Assembly: GCA_947259175.1 (NCBI GenBank)
Contig: CAMYKW010000004.1
Coordinates: 79,403 to 143,402 of the forward strand
Reading direction: 5' to 3'
Length of the DNA stretch: 64,000 nucleotides
Origin: an uncultured Gammaproteobacteria bacterium
GTDB taxonomy: Bacteria; Pseudomonadota; Gammaproteobacteria; Arenicellales; JAANXG01
How positions within the stretch are numbered: the first letter of the stretch is position 1; each line of letters begins with the position of its first letter. Positions 63,410 to 64,000 of this stretch are shown piece after piece. Made by a program: the position numbers and the translations under genes. The notes under the pieces were generated by a model. The model saw only the letters and a list, made by a program, of their open reading frames with translations, had not been told where the DNA came from and made no database searches.

Positions 63410-64000
63410 GTGTCTGAGGCGTTGCCGGTGATCGATATTCCAGTTGCGTCGTCCGGCAGCGGCGGAATCGCGCCGGTCAGCGGTGCGTCGCCGTCGCCGT
63501 CGCCGTCGCCGAACTCGCCGCCGCCGGGCAGCGCCGCATCACCGGACCCGCCGTCGCCGGCGAATTTCCAGCAGCTGTTCGCCCAGCTCCAAGGCGCACC
63601 GCTGATCGCCGCCGGCCCCGGGGCGCACGACGTGTCGCCGGCGGGCAAACCTCCGCCGCAGCCCGGCAGTCCGTTGCCGCCTGCCGACCCCGCACAGACG
63701 CCGACGCCCGCCGGTCTGCCGACGCTCCCGCAGCCCGCTGTTATGCCGCCACCACCGCCGGCCTCGACCGCTCAGGCGCCGCTGGTGCAGCCGTGGAAGC
63801 CGACGCCCGACGCCGCTGCGCCGCCGACACCGGATGCCGCCGCGCCCCCGGCGACCCCCGGCGAGCCGGGTACCGTCGCCGGCCCCGTGGCGGTGTCGGC
63901 CGTCCCGGCGCCTGGGGCGCCGGGTTCTGAGATCCTGCCGTCGGCGGTGGTCGTCCCCGCGACGCCGCCTGCGACCGGCCTGCGGCCGATGGCCGCGCCG
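63410..64000 (+). CDS. fliK: Flagellar hook-length control protein FliK, 5' part (runs off window)
   Basis: A GTG with a GGGGAG SD 9 nt upstream opens a frame that stays open for 197 codons to the window end. The product is Pro/Ala/Ser-rich (SPSPSPSPNSPPPG..PPPPPAST..) and sits after fliJ. It is absent from the ORF track because it has no stop. Confidence 0.7.
   Translation, partial: MSEALPVIDIPVASSGSGGIAPVSGASPSPSPSPNSPPPGSAASPDPPSPANFQQLFAQLQGAPLIAAGPGAHDVSPAGKPPPQPGSPLPPADPAQTPTPAGLPTLPQPAVMPPPPPASTAQAPLVQPWKPTPDAAAPPTPDAAAPPATPGEPGTVAGPVAVSAVPAPGAPGSEILPSAVVVPATPPATGLRPMAAP

Noticed and set aside
63488-63511. A tandem (TCGCCG)x4 repeat.
   Set aside because: It is in-frame coding sequence for SPSPSPSP in the Pro-rich N-terminal part of FliK. 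It is not a CRISPR or a regulatory repeat, although it could be a minor length-variable tract.
1-64000. A search by eye for tRNA, rRNA, CRISPR arrays, IS elements, transposases, integrases, toxin-antitoxin or defence genes.
   Set aside because: Nothing of these kinds was recognised. Every long ORF is accounted for by flagellar, chemotaxis, signalling or glycosyltransferase genes, and the intergenic gaps are short.

Overview
GC-rich proteobacterial flagellum and chemotaxis super-locus, probably gammaproteobacterial because it has a FleQ, FleSR/sigma-54 and sigma-28 hierarchy like Pseudomonas or Xanthomonas. The window is almost fully coding. No tRNA, rRNA, CRISPR, IS element, integrase or recognisable defence gene was seen. 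At 0-8.5 kb lie the tail of a K+ channel gene and a sigma-28-driven operon cheA-cheW-mcp-cheB-cheR-cheY-cheX-like, whose embedded MCP carries a C-terminal hemerythrin-like domain. At 8.6-15.6 kb lie accessory sensory genes: an HDOD protein, a Cys-rich two-CW-like protein with a damaged CheY-like receiver, a cNMP-binding/HDOD protein, and a DOMON/EB_dh-like periplasmic protein (frameshifted) with an MCP. At 15.8-21.1 kb is a 1773-aa multi-glycosyltransferase. At 21.5-30.4 kb are an HPP protein, an operon of a FliK-like protein with a free-standing FlhB-C-terminal-like protein, HDOD plus PAS-GGDEF-EAL, flgN, flgM, flgA and another FliK-like gene. At 30.7-43.9 kb are motAB-pilZ and flgBCDEFGHIJKL. 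At 44.1-48.0 kb a 1306-aa TPR-glycosyltransferase paralogous to the 1773-aa protein sits between flgL and fliC. At 48.3-51.8 kb are fliC-flaG-fliD-fliS-fliT. At 51.8-53.3 kb is a membrane-anchored coiled-coil/WD40 protein. At 53.7-64 kb are fleQ-fleS-fleR-fliEFGHIJ and the start of fliK. Promoter-like elements read by eye are eight sigma-28 matches, four strong and two weaker sigma-54 matches, one sigma-70 promoter and one palindromic FleQ-box-like site. The items most worth follow-up are the sigma-28-linked non-canonical sensory modules, three gene lesions clustered at 10.5-12.9 kb, the giant paralogous glycosyltransferases, the WD40 protein beside fleQ, and the multiple FliK-like proteins. 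All calls come from reading motifs by eye; no searches were run.
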